From Chiloscyllium plagiosum (Eukaryota), in assembly GCF_004010195.1 (NCBI RefSeq), contig NC_057719.1:74805358-74869357 (forward strand): DNA of 64,000 nucleotides, written 5' to 3'. The notes under the pieces are model-generated. The model made no database searches. It was not told where the DNA came from and was given only the letters and a program-made list of their open reading frames with translations. A program made the position numbers and the translations under genes. This document shows positions 25,656 to 39,299 of this stretch, one piece after another. How positions within the stretch are numbered: position 1 is the first letter of the stretch; each line of letters opens with the position of its first letter.

Positions 25656-28089
25656 ATTCAAGAGCATTGATAAACCAACTGGGTTTCAACCATGTATACT
25701 TTTACCGTTGCCATCTTTTTATTTCCAGATTTTTTTTACTATTAACTGATCTCAAATTTGCAACCTGCAATGGCAGGATTTGAAAGCCTGTCAATAGTTT
25801 GTCCAGGACTCTGGATAATTAGTCCAACATCATTTCCACATGAAGTACAGTGGCAACATAGCTAACAATAGGTTTTCCCTATTGAAGAGGAGGAATGAAA
25901 TTTGTATGAAACCGCAGTTGGTGTTATAACCTTAAGTATTTCTCAAGGGAAAGAATATGAATGATAACAGTTGGTTAAAAAAAATTACCATATTTGGACA
26001 CGTCTGTGGAATTGTTCTCTACAATTAGTAAACTTTGACCTTTTTAACCTGCCAAGTCTGGGGAAAAAATGTTGCTGAGAACTGTACTGCATATTTATGT
26101 CACACCAAAAGCTTATGATGGATGAGTTTCTTATTTTACAAGTAAAATACCAGCTTAGTTCAATTAGTCTAGTTACAGATTTTATAATTGCCAGACTCCC
26201 GCAAATTCTCAGCCAGGAATAGTATTGTTCACCGTGGACCATGTCCGTGGAGATCCACAAAGTCCCAGGTTCAATTCCTAAGCTAGTCGACCTCATCCAG
26301 ACTATCTGGACCTGGGAATGGAAAAATTAGCGAGAGTTTCTGATCTGAACCACATTCCAGTGAATAGGTACTGAGTGAGGACTGCACCCAGTCCCTGTCA
26401 CCTCACTGCCCACACCGTCAGTTGAAGAATGGCCATTTGATTAGTCTAAGAAAACAGGTACCCTTTTTATATGCGTAATCAATTACTCTACACTGAAGAA
26501 AGGGATCATCAGGGTATGTGTGGGACTGGCAGAGACCATTCACAAGGAATGCAGCCAGACAGAGAGAGAATTAGATACTGAGTATTTTCAGGGAATTCTG
26601 CAGTTTCTGTGAAGTCATAGTGTTGGCTATCCCCGAAGTGTTGGTGAACCATTGCGCTTGCCTGGAAACTATCCATCTGCTCACCTGGTGACTACGCCAT
26701 GGTATCCTGAATGATATGGGAGTTTTTGAAGAGATTAGTAGCTGTGGACTTTTCTTTGAATGTCCAGATAATGTTTTATTTTAATATTTAAGAATTTTAT
26801 AAACCTACTGTCCCCAATTCATTTATTTTTGAGAGCAGCATATCCAATTTTAGCTCTTTAACCTAGTGTTCAGAATATCTCTTGAATGTCTGACAACATT
26901 TCACATATTTGCATTCCAATCCCCACAAATCCATACATGTTAGGGAAGCAGTTTGCATTTTACTTCAACACTGAGTGTTTATTATCCCGCTGGGCTGTTG
27001 GTAATGCATCCCCTTTTGAAGTAAAGGCTGAGATTCAGTATTAGTTGAGAATTTGAGCATATACTTTAGGTTGACTCTCAACTGCAGTGGTAATGGGGTG
27101 CTGCGTTGCTAGAGAAAGAGTCTTCCAGTTAAGACATACTAACCATGACCTTGTCTTTCTGCTCTGTTTCAACTAAGTGTTAAATTGCATTCTATCCCTA
27201 TTACTTCAAAGCCAGCTTTTGCTCCAAAAAGTAGTTGTAATTTCTTTCACGAAAGCATGTTGTGTCATATGTTTGTATGTTCTTGTGTGAAGAGGGGTGC
27301 ACACATTTAGCATTGAGGTATTTTCTCGCATTCCTGAAAAGGACTAGCAGTCCGATGTGCTGACACTAACTCTGCTGTGAGCACACCCAGTTATTACCCC
27401 AAAATTTCTCAAGTCAGTTGAAATATAGACAAATGGGTAAATGTTTGGAGAAAGTGCTGTGAGCACTTGTGGATGCACTGGAGAGTGTTTTTTGGCAGTT
27501 ATATTGTAGCATTTTTAAGTGTCAACTCATGGTAGAACAATTTGTTTCTTTTCTCTCCCTCTCTCTCTTTTGTCACCCCCACACCCCTTTTCCCCCACCT
27601 CTTCGACTGTTCCTATACATCCAACTGCATGCTCAAAAGTCCTGCTTTTTTGCTTTCCCTTCTCTGTTTTTTCACTACCAACGTTGCTCGAGCTGTCATT
27701 GTATTGCCAGGAGCTCTTAACATCAGGTAATCCTGATTTCTCTCCAGTCTCTAGCCTACAATCTCCATGTTTTTATAACTCAAGTTGGGTATCAAACAAT
27801 CACCACCTCCTGATTTGTCTCCCATTCCCTTCCCTTCCATCGTGGGTTGTTACCTGACCTTTGAGTCTTGACTCATCAGTTAATTTCTCCATTGTTGATT
27901 TTAAATAAACTCCGATGTGATCAACATTCCCTCTAAGCTGCGCAGCCTCTCAACATGCACACACACAGACACTGATTGGCTGGTGTGTTCACTTCCAGTT
28001 CTGGGAGCCAATGTCACGTGTAATCTGCACAGAAGCAGAAAACAATTACAGGGGATGTAGGATATGATCTAATTTCATTAGGTTTTCCG

Positions 28090-28720
28090 TGTTATGGAGC
28101 AGACCAGACCCCCTCAACGTGTTTTAAGAAGGTAGTCATGACCCTAACTTTTTCTTCTTTTAAAGGCAAATGTAATATGCTGTGTTTGAGATGCAATTCG
28201 ATGGGGCAAACCACCGGACATAAGCAAAACCCCATTTATTCAACGATCTAGTTAAAATGCAGCAAAACAAAACAAGAACTTAAAATAACAACTCTGTTGG
28301 AAAGCTTAACAGAATAATAGATGCAGTAACAATTAGTAAATAACCATCCTAATATAGTAACATCCCATAAACACACCCCTTGGGGAAAGAAGGCAAATTC
28401 AGAAATCCGATCTTCTCACCTGCAAGGTCCGCAATAGGAAGAGAAGTCTCAGCTTCTAGTTGTAACTGATAGAGGGAAAAGATACCTTCTACTTCTTCAA
28501 AACTCCAGCTTCTGCTGAATCTAAAAATTAAAAAAAATCTCGAAATCCTGGTCTGTGACAGCTGGCCACACTCATTCAGGCTGCTTCTATTGTTCTAAGT
28601 TTTTTTTTTAATTAAAAAAAGCCCAAGGCCTCACAAGCTGTTTACTAGCACATCTGTCTTAAAACCTCTATTTATTTTAGAAAAGAACAAAATTACTTCT
28701 TAAGCCATAGCATCACCATG
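28090..28720. mobile_element. Probable solo LTR
   Basis: Starts TGTTATGG and ends near catcacca; non-coding block of about 630 bp. Termini are degenerate and there is no clean TSD. Confidence 0.45.
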
Positions 28721-29829
28721 CTGTCCAACATTAACATCTCCAGGCTGTATATCTTTAAAACTTCAGATATTCACCCTGACCTCAATGACATAATATATGA
28801 TCTAATTTCATTGGTAGAAAGCCAGAAGTATCTCCTATACCTGGATCTGAGCTCTCTCTCTTCCCCTCTCCCTTATTGTTTACCGATTTGGAATGCACTC
28901 AGTAAGATGCCCTGTTGATTTCTATTTAAAAGCTTTGGCTAAAGCTCTAGTGTTCTCTCTATCTTTATTAGCAGAATTGATTTTAATTCCCCATTCAGAA
29001 TTTAATGTCAGTTTGAGATGGACAATTTAAATTTGAATAAAATCTGTAATTAGTGCCTTTATTTAAAATATTAACTACCCTACGGGTGAATTCCGATTTC
29101 AAATAATGTCTTATTGACTAATATCTGTTATTAGTCAATAACATGCTGCAACAATCTATTCTTACTGGGTATTGTTACACAGTCTTCAGTAGTTCTCTGG
29201 TACCATTGCTACACTGTTGCTTAGGTTACACATAAGTAATGAGAGCATACAGGCTCATCAGACATGGTGGAGCTGGGCTGTATAGGAAGGTAAGACTATA
29301 TTGTGTTCACCTGGCCATCTAACATAGACATGTTTCACCAAGCATCACTTCATAGTGATGAGGAGTAGGAGTCCTGCTAGTTTATTCATCAGCATTCTGG
29401 CCCATGATACAGATATAAATTGATGCTTTTGTAGTTACCATGGCTAATCTTCTTTAATTATAATTTATTATTTTTAAACTTTTTTCTAACTAGAGTTGCT
29501 AGGTATTCAAATGTGATGAGTTTATCATAACTGCATTGGTTGATTCAGTTACCCCCTTTACTGTACTCTTTAATATTTTCATGTCTGTGTTGAGTTAGCC
29601 TTGGAGAGGTGCCGCGGTAGCATAGTCAGTTCAAGTATCCAGTCTGGGTAAGATGACATTTTACATTGTTTCAAATTTGATGGATGATGTAGAAGGTTTT
29701 AATTTTGTTACTAGCTGAAGGCAAGAATTTGCCAAGTTCTGGTCCCTGAATACTCCAAATAAATGTGTGTTTACTGAGGGCTACCAAATGTGCTGCATGG
29801 TTTGAGGTTCCTGTCTGATATTGACATCT

Positions 29830-30685
29830 GTATAGACAGTGATGAAGGTTATCAAAAATTAGAAAGGGTTCTTGATCAACTGGACCAAGGAGTGGCAGGT
29901 GGAATTCAATTTAGTAAATGTGGTGTGTTGCATCTTGGGAAGAACAGCAAGAGCAGGACTTGCACAGTTAATGGTAGGGCCCTGGGGAGTGTTGTAGAAA
30001 AGAGAGACCTAGGGGTTCAGGCACGTAGTTCACTGAAAGTTGCATCACAGATAGACAGGGGAATAAAGAAGGTATTTAGCACGTTTGCCTTCGTTGCTCA
30101 GACCAATGTGTTTAGGAATTGGGACATCATGCTGCAATTGGTGAGATCACTTTTGGAGTACTGTGTACAGCTCTGCTTGCCCTGCTATAGGAGGGATATT
30201 ATTAAATTGAAGAGGGTGCAGAAAAGATTTACCAAGATGTTGCAGGGGCTGGAGGATTTGAATTTTAAGGAGAGACTGGAAAAGATTTTTTTCACTGCAG
30301 CATAGGAGGTTGACGGGTGACCATGTCTAAGTTTATAAAATCATAAAGAGTATTGATAAGTGAATAGCAAAGGTCTTTTCACTAGGGCTGGAGAGTTCAA
30401 AACTAGAGAGCATAATTTTAAGGCGAGAGGAGAAAGATTTAAAAGGGACCTGAGGGGCAGGTTTTTTGCACACAGGGCGGTTCCTATGTGGAATGAACTG
30501 CCAGAGGAAGTAGTGGATGCTGGTACAGTTACAACATTTAAAGGACATTTAGACAAGGACATGAATAGGAAAGGTTCAGAAGGAAATGGGCCAAATGCAG
30601 GCAAGTGGGACTAGTTTAGTTTGAGAAACTTGGTCAGCATTGACGAATTGGACCAAAGGGTTTGTTTCCGTGCTGTGTGACTCTG
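29830..30685 (+). mobile_element. 5'-truncated CR1 (HER1-like) LINE
   Basis: KCGVLHLG, EKRDLGVQ, LVRSLLEYCVQL and KRVQKRFTKML, followed by the 3' UTR. Confidence 0.9.
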
Positions 30686-31020
30686 TGGAGTCCAAAATAT
30701 GTAAGCAAATATAATGTCAGAGGTGGCGAAGTGATAAGTTTCCATTGATTCCTGTTCAGATCAAGTCCCTGGGAAAACAGGTGATTCCTTTCCTAAAGCC
30801 ATTTTATGATAATTAATCTATTGTTATGACCAGATGAACAGGGATATTGCCAATTCAGTTTGTACTTTGTCTGTCTACAGTGAAGAACTAAGCCAGATAG
30901 GTAATTTTGACTGAAGCAACATGAGGGTTAGTTGTGCCAAACCCCACAGTAAAACATTAAAAAAGTTAAAAATGTACAAGTATGTCTGTCTTCTCACTAG
31001 CAAGCACATACTCAAATCCC

Positions 31021-31130
31021 AAATTGAATTGAATTAAATTTATTGTCACATGTACTGAGGCACAGTGAAAAGCTTTGTCTTGCGAGCAATACAGGCAGAT
31101 CACAGAGTTAAGTAGCGTGGATAAGTAAAT
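31021..31130 (-). mobile_element. 3' tail fragment of another non-LTR element with an (attca)n tail
   Basis: aattgaattgaattaaatttattgtcacatgtac...cagtgaaaagcttt is related in reverse to 53015-53085. Confidence 0.45.
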
Positions 31131-31463
31131 ATTAATGCATGAGGAAAAGTACAGCCTTATAGAATATTCATATAACCTTAAGAATATGTAAGGTTAAACT
31201 CAGCCAAGTTAAGAATGCACACTTACTAAGAGAAAGGAAAATTTATGAATTATATCCACAGTCACTGTTTCACCAGTTTGAAGTTGTGCCTGAGAGTAAA
31301 ACTTGGAAGTGTCAGAACTGGTCCAAATTGATCTCGCATATCTGAAAATAGAACTCCAGTTCACGTTAAACCCACTGGTTCTGTACTGGTTATCCCACTT
31401 ATTGTTGTCAAACTCCAATGGCTTTCCCTCCAAGCTTTGTCTGCTGTAGAGTGATTGATAGAT

Positions 31464-31777
31464 GGGGCTGCACGGTGGCACAGTGGTTAGCACTGCTGCC
31501 TCACAGCGCCAGAGACCTGGGTTCAATTCCCGCCTCAGGTGACTGACTGTGTGGAGTTTGCATGTTCTCCCCATGTCTGCGTGGGTTTCCTCCGGGTGCT
31601 CCGGTTTCCTCCCACAGTCCAAAGATGTGCAGGTCAGGTGAATTGGCCATGCTAAATTGCCCGTAGTGTTAGGTAAGGGGTAAATGTAGGGGCATGGGTG
31701 GGTTGCGCTTCGACGGGTCGGTGTGGACTTGTTGGGCCAAAGGGCCTGTTTCCACACTGTAATTTAATCTAATCTAA
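31464..31777 (+). mobile_element. HE1-type SINE, full length and young
   Basis: A box tggcacagtgg at 31476-31486 and B box ggttcaattcc at 31520-31530; nearly identical to 4214-4526. Confidence 0.92.
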
Positions 31778-32252
31778 ATATGCTTTTCTGTCTCAAAGAC
31801 CGGGTTTAGAGATTATAAATAGTATTACTTTGTAGTTTCTGTCAAAATCCAAATTAAAACGTCCACCAAAAGATTACATCTGAGTTGGTTGTGTACTCCA
31901 AAAGCTGATGTCTGGCCCAACTTTCTCTCGCTCGTGAAAGCTGAGGTGGTTAATATTTAATGTTCAACAAATTAATCCCTAAATGATCCATCCTCTACCC
32001 TGATGAGACAGTCAGGAGCTGTTCTCACCCCCCAGGTGTGCCATTGTCTTTGTTGGGGTCTCTGGAATGTGGTTACACAAATGCATTTGAGCACTTGTTT
32101 TGAGTCAGTGTCTTTGTTTCAGTGCAATGTCCTTTTTAGAAGGCTAATATGTCACACTGAGATTCCAAACGAATTCCACATAGCGCATTTTCATGATATT
32201 CCGGACTCTGTGTGACTAATGTTTTGTTCCTCACCTGTACTCTGTCCTATAG

Positions 32253-32435
32253 GGATTGATAACTGCTCACGAGCAATTTAAAGCCACCCTGCCCGAGGCA
32301 GACCGCGAGCGGCAGGCTATCCTAGGCATTCACAACGAGGTATCCAAGATAGTCCAAACCTACCACGTCAACATGGCCGGTACCAATCCTTACACAACAA
32401 TCGCCCCACAAGACATTAACAACAAATGGGAAAAG
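32253..32435 (+). CDS. ACTN1: ACTN1 coding exon (equivalent to exon 15); 183 nt, phase 0-0
   Basis: Branch-like tgactaat at 32213-32220, cctatag acceptor, AAG|gtgagg donor. Translates [76 protein letters not shown] is diagnostic of ACTN1. Confidence 0.97.
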
Positions 32436-32574
32436 GTGAGGACAATTCCTAAATGTTTTGGTTGTACTGTTGGGGGGGGGGAGAACAAAAAGGGCAGCTG
32501 CGTTTTGTTTTAAAAAACCATCAGTGAGATGTCACTCACTATCTAAGTTCATTTTGCACCAATACGTGACTTAA

Positions 32575-33405
32575 GTGTTGCTGTCTTGTACTCATCAAGA
32601 CAGTTCATAAGAATATGAATTGAAGGGAAAATTAATATTGATACTGAGAAGAGAATGCATATTAATTGGCAAGTGGTTTCTAGTTTAGCTGTAACCATGG
32701 ATAATGCACCAGTGATTATGGGTTAACAGTTAAGTTCTAGGCTTTGTTTAAACTTAAACCAAGTATGTTGACCCTAATAGGTTAAGAAATTGCCCTGAAA
32801 AATGAGTCAGTGAGTGACTGTCACTTAAATTGTTGAGTTGACAATATTTTTTGGCTGTCAATAACAGACAAGGTACTGGCCCAACTATACTTGTAAACTC
32901 ACAACACAGTGTCAAACATTATTTTAGATTCTGCAACTGTACAATATTTAAAGATAAAACTGAGTGTGCAAAAAAATTACTCTGACAACCAATGAAGGCT
33001 TACAGTGTGACACATTTGTGTGTACTGGAAGCTACACACACTGGACCCTGTTCTTTGCAGACCAAGAACATGCACACACCCTGCACCTGTTAACTCAACA
33101 AAATAAGTGGCAGCCATTTACTGGCTTATTTCTCAAGGCAGTCCCTTTGCCTGTCAGCCAACCTGCCTGGTTTAGAATTTAAACAAAGCCTGGCAGTTAA
33201 CTGTTAATCATCACTAACTGGAGCATTCTCCATGGCAAAGCCTGTACCACTGAGTCCATGTGCCAAAGAACAATGAGCATTCTTCTGTCATAGAGCATAA
33301 ATCTTTTCCCCTTAAAATGAGAATTGCCCTGAAGATTGCAAGATGAAAAGCTTCAACAAACTCTCTTCATTCAGCGATAACCAAGTTCGAACAATCAAAC
33401 ATGTA
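32575..33405. mobile_element. Old Penelope-like remnant with inverted terminal arms (about 32575-32845 and 33090-33360)
   Basis: The arms are degenerate reverse complements (aggctttgtttaaa / tttaaacaaagcct). Hammerhead relic CTGAAGA...GAAAAGCTTC at 33329-33354, with a reverse relic near 32585-32602. Confidence 0.65.
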
Positions 33406-34104
33406 CTTGAATAACTGACTAGTTTTCACAGCCACATTTGAGTATCCAGTGTCTCACCCAATCATAATTTGAGCACATAATGGAGCTGCTTTTGTTGGCC
33501 TTAACTATTGATCCTGTTGCATAATTTGATTTGTCGCCATGTGTGTCCAGCTTTATTCCAAATTATGCTTTGATACAAACCCCAAATCGTCATTCAAGAC
33601 ATCTTGGCTTTCCATCTCTCCTACCTGTGGGTGAAATAATTCTTAACAGAAAATGGTTATAATACATCATATATGGAATAAAAGACACTGTGTGTATCCC
33701 AGTGTGGTTTTCATTTGAATTTTGGCTCTATGTCAAACTTTTCTTTTTGGAATTTAATCTCTGAGGAAACAAAATGTTGGTGAGATTGTTTCCAGCTGAG
33801 TGTGCATTCCTTTGTTCTTTTGTAATCTTCTAAAGGGAGCTGATTGCTGCATTGCATGTCTCCAAATGAAACAGCCAGTAGCCAAGACCCTAACACGCTG
33901 TACTAAAGTTTCCAGTCTGTATTCCACCTCCGATTAACTTGTCACTATTTATTTGAATGGGATTTAAGTTGCTGGTAAGGACATCATCTCGGACAAAACA
34001 GACTGCTTGATTGCCGCCCACCATCATCTTACCCCACCTCCCCCCACCCAATCCAATATTTTAACGTCCGCTCCCTCCATAAATGATCCACAGGAAACAC
34101 AGCG

Positions 34105-34380
34105 AGAATGCTGCCTCACAGTGCCAGGGAAACTGGGTTCCTTTCCAGCCTTGGGCGACTGTCTGTGTGTCTGACTATCTTCCGGGTGCTCTGGTTTCCT
34201 CCCACAGTCCAAAGATGTGCAGGTTAGGTGAATTGGCCATGCTAAACTGCCCATATGTGTTCAGGGTTGTACAGGCTAGAGGCATTAATCAGGGGAAATT
34301 TAGACTAATAGAGTAGGGGAATGGTTCTGGGTGAGGTACTCTTCAGAAGGTCAGTGTGGGCATGTTGGGCCAAATGGATT
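34105..34380 (+). mobile_element. HE1-type SINE, diverged and internally deleted
   Basis: tgctgcctcacagtgccaggga and ggtttcctcccacagtccaaagatgtgcagg. Confidence 0.8.
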
Positions 34381-34384
34381 CTAT

Positions 34385-35090
34385 GAACTCACTAAGGCTC
34401 CTTCTTCGACAATACCTTTTCAAATCCACAACCTCTAGATGGGGATGAACAGCAGATACATGTTCAGTGGCTTTCCCATCACTGAAATTCCCCCCATTAT
34501 TAACATCCTGAGAGTTACTGTTGACCAAAAATGAACTGGGCTAGCCATGAAAATACTAGCTTTGGGGGAAGTTAGGAATTCTGTGGTAAGGAACTCGCTT
34601 CCTGTCTCCCCAGTGGCTGTCCACCAATTTCAAGTTACAAGTCAGGTGTGTGATTGAATACGGCCCATTTACCTGAGTCACTGCAGTCCCAACAACACTT
34701 GATATCATCATGGACAGTGCAGCCCACTTGATTAGCAGCATATGCACTATTTTCAACATCAAGTCTCTTCTTCACACATACATAGTGGCAGCGGTGTGCA
34801 CCATCTACAAGATGCCCTGTAACAACTCCTCAAGGCACCTTTCAAACTTGCAGCCTCTATTGCCAGAAGGACAAGGGCAGCAGATGCAAGCAAACACCAG
34901 CACCTTCAAGGTCCCTTCCAAGTCACTGAGCCAAATTCTTCTGAATATCACTGTGGGTTTACCAATCCATCAGTGGTTCAAGAAGGCAGCTCACTACCTC
35001 CCTTCTCCAGGGCAATTTGGGAAGGACAATAAAAATGTTTGCCAAGCCAGTAACACCCACCTCCCTCAATGAATAATAATTTTTAAAAAT
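34385..35090 (+). mobile_element. CR1/L2-group LINE 3' fragment
   Basis: RT C-terminal remnants (caagtcaggtgtgtgattgaatac; DSAAHLI) and the tail gggcaatttgggaaggacaataaa. Confidence 0.6.
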
Positions 35091-35262
35091 TATTCTGAGC
35101 TGGATTCAACGTGAAAGAATAGTGTTGTACCACCAGGTATCCCAGCCAGTGTAAAATACCTGTAGATATAAAGGGAGAAAGTTACTCCTGTTTGGGCTTT
35201 TGTCCCTTTTAAAGGAATAGATGCAGTGTTGAGTGATTTATATGATAATACCTTGTTTTCAG

Positions 35263-35397
35263 GTTCGACACTTGGTGCCTCAGAGGGACCATGCTCTGAT
35301 GGAGGAAAATGCTCGTCAGCAATCCAATGAGAGACTGCGGAAACAATTTGCAACACAAGCCAATGTTATTGGTCCTTGGATTCAGACTAAGATGGAG
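35263..35397 (+). CDS. ACTN1: ACTN1 coding exon (equivalent to exon 16); 135 nt, phase 0-0
   Basis: gttttcag acceptor and GAG|gtaata donor. Translates [45 protein letters not shown]. Confidence 0.97.
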
Positions 35398-35444
35398 GTA
35401 ATATCTCAACGACATTACGGAGCTGGTTGCAAGACTGCATAATT

Positions 35445-35800
35445 GGTGAGGGTGCTGTTACAGGCACTGAGTTAGCTGTTTTATCGGTGATGGTGCTGTT
35501 ACAGGCTCTGTGTTAGCTATATTATCAGTGGTGCTGTTACAGGCACTGTTAGCTGTATTCTTGGTGAGGGTGCTGTTACAAGCACTCCGTTAACTATATT
35601 ATCTGCAACAGTGCTGTTACAGGCACTGTGTTAGCTGTATTCTTGGTGTCGTTGCTGTTACAGGCACTGCGTTAGCTGTGTTATCAGTGACTATGCAGTT
35701 ACAGGAACTGCATTAACTATATTATTGGTGACTGTGCTGTTACAGGCACTGACTTAGCTGTATTATCGGTGATAGTGCTGTTACAGACACAGCGTTAGGC
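35445..35800. repeat. Minisatellite, about 9 copies of a 41-bp unit
   Basis: Consensus ggtgaNNgtgctgttacaggcactgNgttagctgtattatc, arranged head to tail with no unique spacers. Confidence 0.95.
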
Positions 35801-35819
35801 ACTGTGACAGCAATTTGAA

Positions 35820-36260
35820 AGAAAGCAAGGGAATTGAATTTATATGAAATCTTTCACAACCTCAGAACTTGGCAAAGTGTTTGACTGCCAGTATTGTACG
35901 TTCTCACTTTGAAATCTAGCCACTGGTGTAATGTAGGGAAAGCAGCAGCAAGCACCCACACTGTGAGGTTCCAGAAAAAGTAATGAGTTAATGTCTAGAT
36001 GGTCTGTTTTTGTGGTGTGGGTTTTAGAGAGTGGCATTGACCCGGATACTGAACAAAACATCACTGCTCTTAGTCAATAGAGCAGTTCAATGTTTTACAT
36101 GCACTAACAAGGGGAGATTGGCTCTTGGTTTGACATCTCATATAAAAGATGCTCATTCCTACAATGCAGGAATCCCTCATTACTGCGGTGAAGTGTCAGG
36201 TTAGATTATTTATTATTTGGCAGACTCAAAAGTCTGTGGTGTGGTTTTGATCAGAGCTAA
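35820..36260 (-). mobile_element. Deu-domain SINE, decayed
   Basis: ggtttgacatctcatataaaagatg...acaatgcaggaatccctcattactgc is the reverse complement of the Deu core. Confidence 0.55.
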
Positions 36261-36493
36261 ATGTTGCTTTCTCTATCATGGAGTTTTACATACTCCTAAA
36301 ACTTGGCTGTTCAATTGATCAGGTTACGTAACAAATGCACCTACATTTATTGAAGACATTGTATGATTGAGAAAAGTATTCTTACTATTCAAGCATTTTC
36401 AAGTTTGGTGTGGTTCTACCTGTTGTACAGCTGGTATCCACAAAAGGCAGCAGAGATATTCATCCCATCGCCTCTGTCCATTCACTTTTCTAG

Positions 36494-36841
<348 letters not shown>

Positions 36842-38131
36842 TAACATTTCTGTGTCTCAACTGGTCTGCTGTCTCCGTGATCTTGTTTTCATTCTTGGCC
36901 TTTCTTTCTCATTCCTGTACGCTTTTACCTTGATTCAGTTCATAGATATGAATTGTGTGTCTCAGAATCACAACCTGAAACCCGTCAATCTCCAAATGAG
37001 GATGGTTTCCAGACTGGAACGTAGATACAGTGAGCTATTCCTCACTCTCAAAATACAGCATTTTGTAAACACCAACACATGAGGACCAGTAATCATTTAA
37101 TTACAGCATTTTTAGTGTAAGTAAAGTGCCTAACAACTGTAGAATTTATGGAACTGTAACCATTCATAATGCAGCACCTTCACAGCACAGAGACTTGTGA
37201 TTAATCTGACGATACCATATTTGTTTTAGAGTGTCCTGTGTCTTTTTAAATGGGTCTTTATTTAATAAATTTTTGTGCTTTCTCCTTCAAACCTTCAAGC
37301 CTTTTTTCAGTAAAAGTTGTCAGGCATATTGTAAAATGATTCACCAATATTTCTTTGAGATGAGCAGCATAACTTTAATTTTGGGCACCCCACACAGTCC
37401 TGAAAACCATGGCTGAATTGTGTTTTTCTTTAAACAAAGCTTGAATATTAATAGGTATTTTCCTGAGAAGTGACTATAATATTTTCCCTAGTGTATTTTA
37501 AATGCATGACCAGTGGTGAGTTTGGAAAATGAGCTGTGGTCATTTTCTCATCCTAGTCTTCCTCACCCGACCTAAGTTTTGTACAACAGTGACGGTCTAA
37601 TTATGACCATTTTTGCAGGTTTAGGAGTAATAATTTTCCTTTCATCTGCTTTGATTAGTGCAATATTGTTTGCTCCACTGTTAAGGGAAGTTGTGCCAAC
37701 TTTTGAAGTGTTATTAACTCTTGAAATGAAATTTGCAATCATGTCAATATAATCATTGAACAGTTTACTTTCTAACAGATTTCGTCATCTGATTTCCAAA
37801 ACAAGCAAAGTTGGTCTTGCAGCTGTTAAAAATCCATTTTTTTTTTCTAGCTTTCAGTTCACCTCCAGGCGTGAGGAACTTCCTTGCTCTCTCTGTCACT
37901 GTGTTAGCATGTGGGAAAAGCTGATGATAGAGCATCAGTGGCACCTGAACCAGACTGCTTTCTCAAGCTTGCTCCTTTCTCAAGCTTATTTTTAATCTTG
38001 TCAGGTACAGATCTGCTCAGGGTCACTATGAGAATAGCCATTAGAAAGAACAAATTGAAGTGCCTGTGAAGCCAAGGAGAATGCATTAGACAAGTGCGCT
38101 TAATTCATTGACTTCCTTCCCTTTGTTCCAG

Positions 38132-38278
38132 CATATCAGAGTGGGCTGGGAACAGCTGCTCACCACCATTGCCAGGACAATCAATGAAATTGAGAACCAA
38201 GTCCTCACCAGAGATGCAAAGGGCATCAGTCAGGAGCAGATGAATGAGTTCAGGGCCTCCTTTAACCACTTCGACAGG
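38132..38278 (+). CDS. ACTN1: ACTN1 coding exon (equivalent to exon 18), end of spectrin repeat 4 and start of EF-hand 1; 147 nt, phase 0-0; not represented in the ORF track
   Basis: ttgttccag acceptor and AGG|gtaagc donor. Translates [49 protein letters not shown]. Confidence 0.97.
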
Positions 38279-38542
38279 GTAAGCTGACGGGTTTGACTTG
38301 CCGGTGATGTGTGAGTTTTGCAGTGAGATTTATTCAGTTTTCTTGGCTGTGTTGAAGTATTTTCTTTCAGGAAATGGGGGATGCGATTCAAAATAGAATG
38401 TTTGCCACAAAATGTCAACCATATCCCCAATGAAGCCACCAACTGCACCTGAACTTCAAGTTGTCAAACTCCGAAACAAAGGAAACTGTGCAGTGCTCAA
38501 GTTTAATAATAGATAAAGTAACTAGTAAAAATTTAAAACTAA

Positions 38543-38664
38543 AGCGTGCTGAGGCCTGAGATGTATTTTCCCATCCTTCTTTAGCGTGCTGAAGCCGGAG
38601 ATGTTTTTTCCCATCCTTCTTTAGCATGCTGAGGCCTGAGATGTATTTTCCCATCCTCCCTTCT
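38543..38664. repeat. Tandem repeat, 3 copies of a 40-bp unit
   Basis: agcgtgctgaggcctgagatgtattttcccatccttcttt at 38543, 38583 and 38623. Confidence 0.93.
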
Positions 38665-39299
38665 AGCCTACTTCCGTATGCACCAATTGTTGCACCTCCA
38701 ATGATCATTTTCCATGTGAGAGTCTGGACAGCAGCATTGGCAAATTATTTGACTATGGAATGTGGATCATCCCTTACCATGAATGTGATGCATAATTTTA
38801 CAGATGGCCGCCAACAAATTTGCCCTGAGCTGGGGAGGCAGGGAGCTGTAAAGTAACCCAGGTAGCTCCCCTGTATGCCCCTGACCTGTGCCACTCAATC
38901 TTATCACCATGACTTCAATCCCCTCTCTTTCCTCCCCCCCCCACCTTGGTCCCCAGGCTTTCCCTGTCCTCATTGTTGTGGATGCTGTACTTCTAACCAA
39001 ATAACGCATGGCCAACTGTTGAACTGTCTATGTGGCTGCCATGACTACTGAGCCATTACTCCCCAACATTTTAGATGGTGAGATAGGAAACTATAACATC
39101 TGATGGAGTATGTCTGGGAATGTTCAGTAGGGACTCCCCCATTCCTGCAGGTTCCCATTTTAGAAAAGTAACCATTTGCCTACAAGTATTGCAAACATCA
39201 GTTTTCAACCTTGTTCTGCTTATTTTCGTACAGAAACTAAAGGTAATAGTCGCAGATGAATGCCATAATCTTCAGCTCTCAAACTGTTTGTTCGTTCCT

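Noticed and set aside
25988..25997. CArG boxes (CCATATTTGG here; others at 7408, 13189 and 19680) as SRF sites
   Set aside because: A handful are expected by chance in 64 kb of AT-rich DNA, one lies inside a CR1, and I have no conservation evidence.
31464..31535. tRNA gene (A and B boxes present)
   Set aside because: It is a SINE head continuing into the HE1 core and tail; no full cloverleaf is evident.
35445..35800. Repeat array resembling a CRISPR array
   Set aside because: The units are contiguous with homologous rather than unique spacers, there are no cas genes, and it lies in a vertebrate intron; it is a minisatellite.
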